IMG/VR virus record: IMGVR_UViG_3300018080_000069 | Location: 1-37,541 of that record | Length of the DNA stretch: 37,541 nt | DNA from: a virus | Lineage: Duplodnaviria > Caudoviricetes | Strand: one strand, 5' to 3' | Shown here: positions 25,288 through 35,082 of the stretch, piece by piece | Numbering within the stretch: position 1 is the stretch's first letter | How the letters are laid out: each line of letters begins with the position of its first letter | The notes under the pieces: model-generated | The model's database searches: none | What the model was told of the DNA's origin: nothing | Seen by the model: only the letters and a program-made list of their open reading frames with translations | Program-made: the position numbers and the translations under genes

Positions 25288-26921
25288 TTCACTGCTCCGT
25301 TCACGATATCTTGCGCCTGTGGCGGTTGCTGCTGCGGCGCGGCCTTCGCCGCTTCGATCGCCATCGCCGTCTGCTCGCGCTGCGCCTGCTGCTGGCGCAC
25401 CTGGTCACGTTCCTGCTGCGATGGAATGTGCCGCTCTTTGACGCCCATCCATTTGGCCAGCTCGCTCAGGACGTCATCATCGCGCAGCGCCAGGCTCATC
25501 TTGTCAGGCCACAGCCCGGCCACGACTTGCGCGAAGTCCACAACCGCCTTCGCGTCCTTCGCCATCGCCGCCTGCACGATTGGCGAAACAACGCGAAGGC
25601 CAACTGTTAGCTGGTCAATGTTCAAGCGGTCGGTTGGCAGAATTTTACGATTGGCCAGGATCTCGTTTGCGCGCTGCACGACCGGCGTCACGATCTCGAG
25701 CTGCTGGCGGGCAAGTAGGCCGACCATCTCCTCGCCGCCGTCTTTCAGGCGCTCAAGAATCTCCGTCGGCGAGCGCACAGAGCCCGCAGCCGGCGGCATC
25801 GTGCGATCCATCTGCGCCTGGCGTATCTGCTCGCGCTCATCCTCGGTGATGATGCGGCTCAGATCATAATCGCCCGGGATATTCAGCTTCTGCACACTCG
25901 GCCCGAAAGCGCCGCTCGACGCATTCGAGCGCACCGCCCAGAAGGCACCGGGCGCGAATTTTGCCGTCTTCGGATTGAATCCGGACCCGTCCTGATATGC
26001 CCAGATCCCGAACAGAGCGATCGCCGCCGCCTTCAGGTCGTATTCGCGCACTTTGTTCAGCGTCTTGGTGCCGGGCAGCGATAGCAGCCCCGCGCCGAAG
26101 CCCTCCGCCTCACCCGCACAGACAAACATGCGCGGCGTGATCCACGGGCTGGTGCGGTATGTCTCGTCAAAAATCAGATCCTCGTCATCGCCGCGCCCGC
26201 CGCCGCCGGCCTGGCCGTCCCGGCTCTGCATGCGAAAGACATACAGGCGCCAGCGCCGCTCGTCTTGATGCCAGACTGTCGACTGGCAGATCGTAACCGG
26301 CTTGTCTTCTTCGTCCTTGATGATGCGGCGCAGCTCCTCGGAAAACCGCCCCTTCGGCCACATCTCCTCGATTTCATACGCCCGGAACGACCGCGCCCAA
26401 TGCCGGCCGGTGATATCTCCGTAAGGCCCGCGCTCCAGCGCCACTTCGCACTTCGGCACGGCGACCGTGCGGATCGGGTTGTAATCATCCCCCTCCAGCA
26501 TCAGCATTGACCCTGTGCCGACGAACTGGTCCAAGAACATCTCGTTCACCGAGACGTGAAAACTCGAATTGTTCAGCGCGCCATGCTGCACCATGGCGTA
26601 GCGCTCCAAATCCTCATTGAGCGCCTTGACTTCGGCCTGCCCCTGCGCCGCCAGCATCGGACCAGCCTCGAGCTGGAAAAAAGCCTCGCCCGGCGGCATC
26701 AGGAATTGCTGCGCGCGGCCGGCATACCGCGGCGCGCCACGCAACGGCGTGCTGTCGAAAATCTTATTCAAAGACGGCGGCCCGGGCTGTCGGTTAAGCG
26801 CCCCTTGCCGGTAAGGCATCAGGTAGTCGTAAACATCCTGATAGACATGGTTCCAGTGCTGCAGCGTCTGCAGCGCGTTGGCAGCCCGCTTGCGAATGCG
26901 CTTGTTTTCCAACTTTGCCAA
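25284..26921 (-). CDS. Portal (head-to-tail connector)
   Basis: YLMPYR...IFDST, SSFH...E.FLD..VGTG, PWITPR...GEAEGFG and RSPTEILER motifs; 545 aa. Confidence 0.92.
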   Translation of the reverse strand: MAKLENKRIRKRAANALQTLQHWNHVYQDVYDYLMPYRQGALNRQPGPPSLNKIFDSTPLRGAPRYAGRAQQFLMPPGEAFFQLEAGPMLAAQGQAEVKALNEDLERYAMVQHGALNNSSFHVSVNEMFLDQFVGTGSMLMLEGDDYNPIRTVAVPKCEVALERGPYGDITGRHWARSFRAYEIEEMWPKGRFSEELRRIIKDEEDKPVTICQSTVWHQDERRWRLYVFRMQSRDGQAGGGGRGDDEDLIFDETYRTSPWITPRMFVCAGEAEGFGAGLLSLPGTKTLNKVREYDLKAAAIALFGIWAYQDGSGFNPKTAKFAPGAFWAVRSNASSGAFGPSVQKLNIPGDYDLSRIITEDEREQIRQAQMDRTMPPAAGSVRSPTEILERLKDGGEEMVGLLARQQLEIVTPVVQRANEILANRKILPTDRLNIDQLTVGLRVVSPIVQAAMAKDAKAVVDFAQVVAGLWPDKMSLALRDDDVLSELAKWMGVKERHIPSQQERDQVRQQQAQREQTAMAIEAAKAAPQQQPPQAQDIVNGAVN

Positions 26922-26925
26922 TGGA

Positions 26926-27303
26926 TCACCCTAGCGATGCGCCGCCGCTCAACAGGCGCGAAAGGCCCGCTTGACCGGCCTCAAAAAAATTGAGCAGGCG
27001 CCGGCGCCCACCCGTGGACCGCACCCGGCGGCGCTTGTCCGCCGCCGCATCCGCCTCAGACGCGCGCCGATCCAGGGCATCCTGCTGACGCTGCGCCGCC
27101 GCCGCCTTTTCCGCTTGCAACCGTGCCGCCGCCTGGCGCGCCGCTTCCGCCGCCGCCGCCTCCTGCGCCTGCCGCGCCGCAGCCGCCGCCGCCGCATCCT
27201 GCGCCGACGTGTCGACGGCTGGCGCGCTTGGGCTCGGCCCGCCGCTGACCAGCGTGCTGATGCCACGCCCTACTCCGCGCGCCGCGCTAACCACTCGAGA
27301 CAT
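26926..27303 (-). CDS. Small Ala-rich virion-associated protein (T7 gp7.3 position)
   Basis: Ala-rich with a basic C-terminus ending ASLG; directly before the portal gene. Confidence 0.65.
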   Translation of the reverse strand: MSRVVSAARGVGRGISTLVSGGPSPSAPAVDTSAQDAAAAAAARQAQEAAAAEAARQAAARLQAEKAAAAQRQQDALDRRASEADAAADKRRRVRSTGGRRRLLNFFEAGQAGLSRLLSGGASLG

Positions 27304-27703
27304 GCTGCCACCTCCAGACGATCATGTGACCATCGAGATGATCACGGACAAACCCGAGCACCTTCGCAAGGCGCTGGCCGGAGCGATTGCGCGCATGCGT
27401 GCGCGTCATGATCGCCCCGAGCGCATAGCGCTGATCCTCTTCAAGCTGCGCACGGCACATCGGCACCAAAGTGCGCAAATGCTCCGACGCGCCAACACCC
27501 GGCGAGAACCAGGCCTCCGACTGAGTTCGAGCGTGCACGATACCGGCCAGAAGGCACGGGGGGGCCTTGGCTGCCGGCCGGAATGCCCAGGCCCTGCCGT
27601 GCGCGATCTGCACCAGCAACAGCCGATGGCCGCCCGGCCGGGTGATGCCGCGCGCCGCCAGGAACTCCGACCAATTTTCGTAGCTGGCCGGCTCCTGCAG
27701 CAT
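27287..27703 (-). CDS. GNAT-fold-like protein
   Basis: EAWF...NRSGQRLAKVLGF resembles the GNAT C-terminal motif; coupled to the TerL stop. Confidence 0.55.
   Translation of the reverse strand: MLQEPASYENWSEFLAARGITRPGGHRLLLVQIAHGRAWAFRPAAKAPPCLLAGIVHARTQSEAWFSPGVGASEHLRTLVPMCRAQLEEDQRYALGAIMTRTHARNRSGQRLAKVLGFVRDHLDGHMIVWRWQHVSSG
27537..27567 (-). promoter_or_regulatory. Putative internal late promoter upstream of the portal
   Basis: AGG-C7-N15-TATCGT, same spacing as the capsid promoter. Confidence 0.5.
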
Positions 27704-29253
27704 CAGAACACGCTGAAATCCGTATTGGCGACGACAGACGCATGGCTGACATCAGGCAAGCGCGAGCCCGTGCGATTGCCAATCACCGCTTCCTTGCCGC
27801 GCCGCCCAAGGCAGAGATACTGCAGCGCGTCATGCACGTGGCTCCATTCATTTTTTTGAGGCCGGAAAGCATAGCCGTCACCAAGATCGGAGCGGACCTT
27901 CACAAAGCGATAATGCGACGCGAAGCCCTTGCGCAAATCGGGGCACGCGGCAGACACGAACAAGCCGGGCAGCCGGCCGTCGATCATGTGCACGAGCATC
28001 TGACTGACCGCATCCTGGCGGATACCCGGCTCATTCGACGGCGCCGGCTGCATGCGGATGCCCGTCGCGCGCTCCACGATCTGCACCCAGTTCAGCTCGC
28101 CACCCTCTGCGTCCGCGCCGTTGTACGCCGTCGGATCGACCCACCCCTCGCCGATCGGCACGCCCCGCGCCTCGGTGTCGAGCCACCGCGCCAGCGCTTC
28201 CCCGAATCGCGTCGGCCCCATGTGTCCGGGCAGGAATTCCGCGACAATGCGCATCTGCCCATCCGGCGTTTCCTGCCCAGCAACCGCAGACGGATGCAAG
28301 CCCGCGTCAAAGCCGAAATGCAGCGGCAGATTGCGCGCGATCGGCAGCACGTCGCGCGACGCGTGCAGGTTATCGTTGTAAACCTCATACACAGGCTTGC
28401 CGTGCCGCGAATATCCGGACTTGTTATCGATCATCCGCGCCACCCACCAGGGCTGGTGCGCGTTCGCGGCCGCCAAGCGCGTGTAGTAATTTTCCGGCAG
28501 GTTGTGCAGATTTTCGGCGCCCGGCTCGCGACCGCCCGGCTGCAGGAAGTATGCCGACCGGCCCAGCTCGGCGATCTGATCATCCAGCTCGCCGAACTTG
28601 AGGCGCATCAGCCAGCTATCGGGCTCCGGCGCGTTCAGATCGCCGATCACGCCGTAGTCGAACGACGCACCGGCCGGCAAATCCTTCATCGACGGGAAAC
28701 GGCCACAACGCCCGAGCGCATATGTCAGCACATCCTCAGGCTGCAAATTCGCTTCATTGAGGTAGATATCGGTCACCTCGTACCCGCCCATGAAGTCCTC
28801 GACATCGCTGTCACCAACTGCCGCGAATTCGATGTCGAAATCCGTCCGAACGCCGTCGAGATCAACCAGCGTGAGCTGGTGACGCGATGGGCGGTCCTGC
28901 CCGCCGCTCCACCCCTTGTCCTTCGGGAACCACTTCACCCACGACCGGATGGCCGTCCTCTCCATGCGCCGATACGTGTCCCGCAACACCAGCGCCCGGT
29001 ATCGCCGCACGCCATCTTTGCAGACCGGCATGCGCATCGCCCGCGCAACCAGCTTGAAAAAACACGTCGTCGTCTTGGCGCTACCGTAGGGCCCTTGAAT
29101 GAAGCTCAGAAATGATCGGTCCTCAAAAAACGCCTGCGCAACCGGACCGGGGTGCCGATAGGTGGTCAGATCGAAGCGCTCCGGGCCGACCTCGTGCTCC
29201 GACAGATCCTCGCGATCCGCAAACGTGACGAACGATCCGTCGCTTTCGGCCAT
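27703..29253 (-). CDS. terL: Terminase large subunit
   Basis: Walker A QGPYGSAKTT, Walker B-like IYLNE, nuclease GFDAGLHP and SHVHDALQY; probable start MAESDG at 29253 (the ORF track extends to 29298). Confidence 0.92.
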   Translation of the reverse strand: MAESDGSFVTFADREDLSEHEVGPERFDLTTYRHPGPVAQAFFEDRSFLSFIQGPYGSAKTTTCFFKLVARAMRMPVCKDGVRRYRALVLRDTYRRMERTAIRSWVKWFPKDKGWSGGQDRPSRHQLTLVDLDGVRTDFDIEFAAVGDSDVEDFMGGYEVTDIYLNEANLQPEDVLTYALGRCGRFPSMKDLPAGASFDYGVIGDLNAPEPDSWLMRLKFGELDDQIAELGRSAYFLQPGGREPGAENLHNLPENYYTRLAAANAHQPWWVARMIDNKSGYSRHGKPVYEVYNDNLHASRDVLPIARNLPLHFGFDAGLHPSAVAGQETPDGQMRIVAEFLPGHMGPTRFGEALARWLDTEARGVPIGEGWVDPTAYNGADAEGGELNWVQIVERATGIRMQPAPSNEPGIRQDAVSQMLVHMIDGRLPGLFVSAACPDLRKGFASHYRFVKVRSDLGDGYAFRPQKNEWSHVHDALQYLCLGRRGKEAVIGNRTGSRLPDVSHASVVANTDFSVF

Positions 29254-29519
29254 TCCCCCCGACCCCCATTGGTCCAACGTTTCGGCCGCCCACCTCAATC
29301 ATCGCGAGCGGCATCTACAAGCAGTGGAAGGCGTCTATCACGGCGCAGTCGCAGGGGGGCCTGGCAGGCTGGCAAGCCTTCAGTGTGTGAGAGGGGTCAC
29401 CCCATAAATCTGAAGAGGCGCGATTTCCGGGGGGCCTCCCCCCTTTGCTCACATCGAGATCAAGGGGGGGGTGCGACTGATATTCAATCAGCCGCCAAGG
29501 CTCTGAAATGCTAGGCAGA

Positions 29520-30077
29520 TCAATCGCTTGATGCATCGTCCGACGATTGATCATCCGACACCAGCGCCTCGCCATCGATAAGCCCTTGATTTTGCTGGCT
29601 ATCGTCCAGCAGCGTCCAGCCCAGCTCACTGCCTGCCTGCTGCTTCTGCTCGACGGTCATCTGCCCGATCACGATCACCGTGCGGCTGCCCTGATCGCCA
29701 GTATCCTCGATCGCCAAAGGCAGCTTTTGCTCGACGTAAGGCAGAACCGCCTGCGCGGCCTGCACCTGGATGCGCAGCGCCGCCTCGGTGCTGGTGCTAA
29801 GCTCATCCGCGAGATCAGCCGTCCGCGCCCGGTAGACGCCCGCCAGGAATTCCAAAGGCAGCTTGCCCGTGGCCTCGAACCACTGCTGCCAGTGCCTGGT
29901 GCGTTTGTTCTTCGCACCCGCCGGCCGGCCTGGTCCGCGCGGCCCTTGCGGCTCCTCCGCATGCGCGCCAGGCGTCGCCGGCAGCATGCTGATCTGGCGC
30001 CCGATCGAGGCCGCCTCGGCCTCCTCGCCCGCCCCCATTACGTCCGCGCGAGACCCCGATTTGCCATTATCAGCCAT
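29520..30077 (-). CDS. terS: Terminase small subunit
   Basis: GPGRPAGAKNKRT...PLEFL...AAQAVLPYVEQKL pattern; upstream of TerL. Confidence 0.75.
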   Translation of the reverse strand: MADNGKSGSRADVMGAGEEAEAASIGRQISMLPATPGAHAEEPQGPRGPGRPAGAKNKRTRHWQQWFEATGKLPLEFLAGVYRARTADLADELSTSTEAALRIQVQAAQAVLPYVEQKLPLAIEDTGDQGSRTVIVIGQMTVEQKQQAGSELGWTLLDDSQQNQGLIDGEALVSDDQSSDDASSD

Positions 30078-30105
30078 TCCAGCCCCATATTTTATTCAAT
30101 CCGCC

Positions 30106-30350
30106 ATCTGGAACACCTCTGGAACGCTCGGAATTTTGAGTGTTCCAGCTTAAGGCACTGTAATCCTTACCATTATAACAATCTGGAACGGTGGAACGGT
30201 GGAACACCATTATCCCTATACGCGCGCGCGCGCGGAAGCGCTCTGATGTGTTCCACCGTTCCACCGTTCCAGATTGTGATTTAGTGTTATATTTCAACGC
30301 CTTGCGGCGGAACACTGACCGGAACACTGCTGCGACGAGTGTTCCGGTCA
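30106..30350. repeat. GGAAC repeat cluster with a 30-bp perfect inverted repeat; putative replication origin
   Basis: 30178-30207 and 30248-30277 are exact reverse complements around (CG)7; 13-bp inverted repeat at 30316-30328/30338-30350; AT-rich flanks; downstream of the helicase gene. Confidence 0.7.
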
Positions 30351-30461
30351 AGATCAGGTCCGAGATGCACAACCGGCGCCCGAAGTGAATGTTTGATCTG
30401 CTTCGGGGTCGGGGGTCAAGAGGTCGGGAGACTGTTCGCACGTCCCTGTTGCTGGATGTCA

Positions 30462-32339
30462 TCACGACAGCAGCGGCGGCCCGCCGTCCTCGTCATCCAT
30501 CAGGCCGCCAGGCCCATAGAGCGCATCGATTGAGATCAGTGTGCAGCGGCATTTCACGCCGTTCACGCGCGGCGCTCCCGTGGTCCACATGCTCTCACGC
30601 GGCCCCTGACGCAGCGCTGATGACCATACCCCGGCGCCCATCTCGCCACCCCACTTCGTGCCAATAAACAGGCGCTGCGTCAGCGGCGATTGATTGGGAA
30701 TCGCCAGCCAATGCGGATCTCCGCGCTGCGCTGGCTTGACCACGCCGAGACCTGCCTGCCCCAGCTTGTCGCGCGCCTCACCATAGCTCGCCTCGCCCGT
30801 CTGAAAGGCGACAAGCTGCTCGCCCACTGTCTTCTTGAGCCCATCGCGCCACGCATCCACATGCACGCTCAGCAAATGGTTGAGGCACAGCCGCCAATTC
30901 TCGACAGCATCTTCGAATTCCGCCATCTCTGACGCCTTCAGGCGCTCGCGCCACAGCGTCAAATCCTCCCCCATCGGCAGATTGATCTCCGGGCTCTCGA
31001 AGTCCTGCCCGATGATCAGGTCGGCGCACGTCAACAGCGTGCCGAACGTATCCTGCCCGCGCCCATCGTGCCCCGCCTGCGCCAGCTCCGCCTTGTAGGC
31101 CGCCAGCGTCGGCTCGAAGCGATGCCAGTCGTCCATCAGCCGCCGCAGCACCATCTCGCCCAGCCGCCCCAGGTGCTCATCACTCAGCGTGTCGCGATCG
31201 AGCGGCACATGCTCCTGCGTCAGTCTGTTGAGACGCAGCAGCGCCATGCGCGATAGATCCTGCGGCTCCAGCGGCGGCGCGTTGATCGATGAGAACACGA
31301 AAGCGCTGCGGGCCTGGAATTCGACGCCCGAATGCTCGGCCCCGCCGCGCAGCATCAGCGCGCCGCTCGCCGCCAGGCGCGCCAGCTTCATCACCGCCTT
31401 GACCTTGCGCGTATCGGCTTCCGCCTCCAGCTCGTCCACGCTCACCGGCACGCTGTCATTGCCGATGCGCTGATAGACGCCAGCCGCTGACGTGTCCGCC
31501 GCCTGCACCAGCCAGTCGCCAAGCATGCCCTTGAGCACCCCTTGCAGCGTACTCTTTCCCGTGGCCTTGTCACCCGTGATGAAGACGGTCGGCCGCCACG
31601 GCAGCGCGCCACCGAGAAATGCCGAGCCGAGCCACCCGAGCAGCAGCACCGGGTCGACATCGGGCCGCGCCCAGTGCCAGCGCCTGAACATCGGCACGAT
31701 CAGCTTGGCCGGGTTGCCTTCTTCCTCGATGCTTGTCAGCCATGGCTTGGGCAATGGCGGGCGCTTCGGGTAGACGTAGCGCCCCAGCTCCCCGGTCGGG
31801 ATCTCCTTGCCGTAGACGTAGAGCTCGGTGCCGGTGTGCAGGATAAGCTGCCCTTTCGCACCGCGCCACGCCCCGCGCCCGCGCACCTTCTCGACATCCT
31901 TCCAGGGCCCCTTGATCGCGCACGCCGCCATCAGATCGTCGCGGGCCTTCTCGGCACGCCAACTCGTGACGCCGCCGTCCTTCGTCGTGCGCGGCCAGGC
32001 CCAGTAGAGATAGTGGTGGCGGCCCATGAACAGGGCTGCAATGGCATTTTGCGAGAACCGATGCGACGGGATCGATCGGAGCTGGCCAATTGTATCGAGA
32101 AACCAGAAGTTGTCGCCGTCGACCCCAAGCGGATGCACCGGACAATCCGGCGGCAGCCCGTTGCGCTGCGGCGTCCATTCCCCGGGCCGGATGCCCTGGT
32201 CATTCTCGTCGCCCGGCAGCGGATCGAGCGGCACCAGCACGCCGTCCTCGGTCTCAGTGACCGGCGCCTCCGGCAGATAATCCTCGGCCTCGTCCAGCGC
32301 CTGCCTGACGACTGCCGCCCCCTTCCGCCCGCCGCTCAT
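30462..32339 (-). CDS. Replicative helicase / P-loop NTPase (DUF927-type)
   Basis: Walker A GDKATGKS and Walker B VSVDE; downstream of the primase gene. Confidence 0.75.
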   Translation of the reverse strand: MSGGRKGAAVVRQALDEAEDYLPEAPVTETEDGVLVPLDPLPGDENDQGIRPGEWTPQRNGLPPDCPVHPLGVDGDNFWFLDTIGQLRSIPSHRFSQNAIAALFMGRHHYLYWAWPRTTKDGGVTSWRAEKARDDLMAACAIKGPWKDVEKVRGRGAWRGAKGQLILHTGTELYVYGKEIPTGELGRYVYPKRPPLPKPWLTSIEEEGNPAKLIVPMFRRWHWARPDVDPVLLLGWLGSAFLGGALPWRPTVFITGDKATGKSTLQGVLKGMLGDWLVQAADTSAAGVYQRIGNDSVPVSVDELEAEADTRKVKAVMKLARLAASGALMLRGGAEHSGVEFQARSAFVFSSINAPPLEPQDLSRMALLRLNRLTQEHVPLDRDTLSDEHLGRLGEMVLRRLMDDWHRFEPTLAAYKAELAQAGHDGRGQDTFGTLLTCADLIIGQDFESPEINLPMGEDLTLWRERLKASEMAEFEDAVENWRLCLNHLLSVHVDAWRDGLKKTVGEQLVAFQTGEASYGEARDKLGQAGLGVVKPAQRGDPHWLAIPNQSPLTQRLFIGTKWGGEMGAGVWSSALRQGPRESMWTTGAPRVNGVKCRCTLISIDALYGPGGLMDDEDGGPPLLS

Positions 32340-32899
32340 TCCGCGGCCTCGCGCTGCGGTTGGGCAGCCATCACGACACGCCGGCCCAGCCCGCGCCCGC
32401 GCCCATCACGGCGCCGGTGCCCGGTGCGCCGGTAGAGACCGCGATCAGGCGGATCGATGCTGATGTGAGCGGCCTGCGCCTCCGCCGCCGCAATCGCGTC
32501 GATCTCGGCCAGCAGCGGCAACAGGCAATGCGCGAAAGTTGTGTGCGCGAGGCGCACCGCCAGGTGCACACCGTCCCAGGCCACGGGCTTGCGCGCGGCC
32601 ATCTTGCACGCGTGCCGGTAAAGATGCTCCGGCACGAGATCGCGATGCGCCGCGACATAGCCGGCCAGCGCCATCGTATCCCGCGCGGCATCGCGGCCCG
32701 CGCCGTCGCCATCCAGATACCAGTATCGCCCATCCGGCCGCACATCCCGGTCGCCCGCCATCCGCGAGGCCAGCAGCTCATACGTCGAGCCCGCGTTGCC
32801 GGCCGCGATGCTGATGACGAGATCCATCGTCAGCACCGCCGCCATCGGCACCGCTTCCGTGTCAGGCCGCCGTGCCGGCCTGTTGCTGCGTCGTCCCAT
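32336..32899 (-). CDS. Hypothetical protein
   Basis: Overlap-coupled between the primase and helicase genes; start uncertain. Confidence 0.6.
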   Translation of the reverse strand: MGRRSNRPARRPDTEAVPMAAVLTMDLVISIAAGNAGSTYELLASRMAGDRDVRPDGRYWYLDGDGAGRDAARDTMALAGYVAAHRDLVPEHLYRHACKMAARKPVAWDGVHLAVRLAHTTFAHCLLPLLAEIDAIAAAEAQAAHISIDPPDRGLYRRTGHRRRDGRGRGLGRRVVMAAQPQREAAE

Positions 32900-33956
32900 T
32901 CGTCCCCCCCATCAGAGCGTCATTCATGTCCTTGCCGATCGGCGATCTCGCCACGCGCACGCGCACGCCCTGCCGGGCCAGCGCCTCGCAACCGGCGTGC
33001 AATTGCGCCATGGCCTGCGGCTTGCCCCAGTCATTATCGGCCGCAATGATCACCTCGCGGCAGCAGGCCGGCAGCATGATCGCCTGCAGATTGCCGAGCG
33101 AGCCCGCCGCCCACACGCGCAGATCCGGCCGCGCCAGCGCGATTGACAGCCCATCCTCGACGCCTTCACAGAGCACGAATATCTCCGTGACGCCGCGCTG
33201 CACCGCCGTCGTGATGTCCAGCCCGGTTTCTCCGCGCGACAGGCGCATCGTGGCGCCCTTGAAGCTCGGCCAGATCTTGCGCACGGGGTCGACCGGCGCC
33301 TTGCCGCTGCCGTCATGCTGCAGCCATGTCCGGTGCACTGCCCAGAAGCGGCCATCAGGCCCGCTCATGGCCGTCATCATGCAGGGCCATGCCTTGCCGC
33401 TCTCTGCATGGCGGTGCCAGCTTTCGGCGCGGATCGCCCGCGGCGGGCGCGCCAGGTCCGCCACCACGATGCCGCGCGTCGCCAGATACTTCTCGACGAT
33501 AGTGCCGCTCAAATCCTGCGCCGCGCGCAGCCACGTCGCCTGCGCATGCCCGCGCTTGTCCTGCAGCCGCTCCGCCTCGCGGTGCGCCCGCCAGCGCTGT
33601 TGCTCGGCCACGCGCTCCGCCTGCCGCGCGAATTCGGCCGGCTGCATGTCCTCATAAGCCGTCCACTCCTTGGCCCAGATCACCGCATCGCGGAACTCGC
33701 AGCCAATGGCGAGCATGATGAGCTGCCACACGTCGCCTTTCTCGCCCGTCGCCTCGTCGCGCCAGGAGCCCGGCACCCCGCTCAGGGCCACCCAGAAGCT
33801 GCCCTTGTTTTTGTCCTGCCGCGCCGGATTGCGCGCTATCCAGTATTTTCCGGCCCGGTGGCCGTCAGGCAGCAGACCCAGGCAGAGCTCCTGGATCTTG
33901 AGCTGCAGGAGCATCTTGATCTCGGCCGCCTCGTTGCGGCCCTTGTGGATAGCCAT
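32862..33956 (-). CDS. TOPRIM-domain DNA primase
   Basis: YLATRGI, AVHRTWL..DGSGKA, LCEGVEDGLS, IIAADND and GKDMND motifs; the N-terminal zinc-finger-like region lacks Cys. Confidence 0.88.
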   Translation of the reverse strand: MAIHKGRNEAAEIKMLLQLKIQELCLGLLPDGHRAGKYWIARNPARQDKNKGSFWVALSGVPGSWRDEATGEKGDVWQLIMLAIGCEFRDAVIWAKEWTAYEDMQPAEFARQAERVAEQQRWRAHREAERLQDKRGHAQATWLRAAQDLSGTIVEKYLATRGIVVADLARPPRAIRAESWHRHAESGKAWPCMMTAMSGPDGRFWAVHRTWLQHDGSGKAPVDPVRKIWPSFKGATMRLSRGETGLDITTAVQRGVTEIFVLCEGVEDGLSIALARPDLRVWAAGSLGNLQAIMLPACCREVIIAADNDWGKPQAMAQLHAGCEALARQGVRVRVARSPIGKDMNDALMGGTNGTTQQQAGTAA

Positions 33957-34056
33957 GATTGACGCCTTGCCTTTGCCTCAAAGCCTGAATGTGATTGGCG
34001 GGCCGCCTGATTGGGGGATTGGCCGCGACGACCCGCCGGTGAGGGCTGCGGCCCAA

Positions 34057-35082
34057 TCAGATCACGCGCTGCAGCAGGAAGGCCGGCTTCAGTGCCAGCC
34101 CATAAAACCGCCCATCGCGGCGGCGCGCCGGCGTCGCCTCGAGGAGCCTGAGAAAGGCCGCACGGTCCATCCCGCCTTCGCCGCGTTGCGCGCACCAGGT
34201 CTCGAATGCCGCGCAGACATCATCCTCGGCCAGCGAGGCACCGCGCACCGGCTCCAGCACGGATGCCTTGAAATCGACCACCGTCTGCGCGCCGGGATGA
34301 CTGATAATGCCGGCCTCGAGCATGCCCGCCAGCGTCTCCGGCTCCCGGGATCGCTCCCCGGCAAACATGAAGCCGAAAGTCACCGCCAGCTCGATGATCA
34401 CCGCCGCCGCCACTGCCAGCGCCAGCTTCTTGTCGTCTTCGCCGGCCCGGCTGATCCAGCCGAGCACCGCCGTTTGCGGATCGCCAACGCCGACCACGGC
34501 CGTCTCGCGCCGCTCCGCCATCAGGCTCGCGATGCGCGCCTCGACAGCCCGCGCGCGCTCCGCCAAACCGAGCTTGGCCCGCCACTCCTTGCAGCGCGGC
34601 CCGTCCCCACTCGCGCATTCCGCCGCCTTCCGCGCCTCGATCGTCGCGATCGGCTCCACGGTGCCGATCGTCTCACGCTCGTTGCGCAGCCGGCGCAGCT
34701 CGTCCCGCACCACGTCGCGCGTGTCCACTTTCGCCTCGCGCTGCGCCATGTTGTCGTTGCGGTGCGAGCCGAGAAAACCGATATGCGCCTGCAGCGAAAA
34801 CACGAGGCACAGCATCGCGATCACGAAGAGACCGCAGGCCGAGGCTTTCGCACCGCCGTGGAAGCGCCGCCCGCTTTCGTGCGCCGCCGTCACCTTGATG
34901 GCCTCGACGGCGAGATACACGCCGCCCATGACCAGCGCCTCGAAAGAAAACCCACCGCCGCCCCACTCGGTGTAGCCATAGGAAGCGTTGAGCATGCCCT
35001 GCATCAGAGCCGCGAAGCACAGCACGGCCAGCAGCGGGCTCGCCACGGCGTGGCGCGCCACGTCCCAAACCATGTCTCTCAT
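34057..35082 (-). CDS. Multi-pass membrane protein with coiled coil and C-terminal winged-helix-like domain
   Basis: ATG at 35082 overlaps the upstream stop; about four hydrophobic segments; C-terminal V.DF...EDDVCAAFETWC...FLRLL...FYGLALK. Confidence 0.65.
   Translation of the reverse strand: MRDMVWDVARHAVASPLLAVLCFAALMQGMLNASYGYTEWGGGGFSFEALVMGGVYLAVEAIKVTAAHESGRRFHGGAKASACGLFVIAMLCLVFSLQAHIGFLGSHRNDNMAQREAKVDTRDVVRDELRRLRNERETIGTVEPIATIEARKAAECASGDGPRCKEWRAKLGLAERARAVEARIASLMAERRETAVVGVGDPQTAVLGWISRAGEDDKKLALAVAAAVIIELAVTFGFMFAGERSREPETLAGMLEAGIISHPGAQTVVDFKASVLEPVRGASLAEDDVCAAFETWCAQRGEGGMDRAAFLRLLEATPARRRDGRFYGLALKPAFLLQRVI

Noticed and set aside
30111-30125. Alphaproteobacterial LexA box (GAAC-N7-GAAC) upstream of terS
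   Set aside because: The match is exact, but it arises from two adjacent GGAAC units of the repeat cluster, so chance is likely. It is not claimed without binding data.
30178-30350. CRISPR array or transposon ends
   Set aside because: Units are 5-8 bp with no unique spacers, and there is no cas gene, transposase or target-site duplication.
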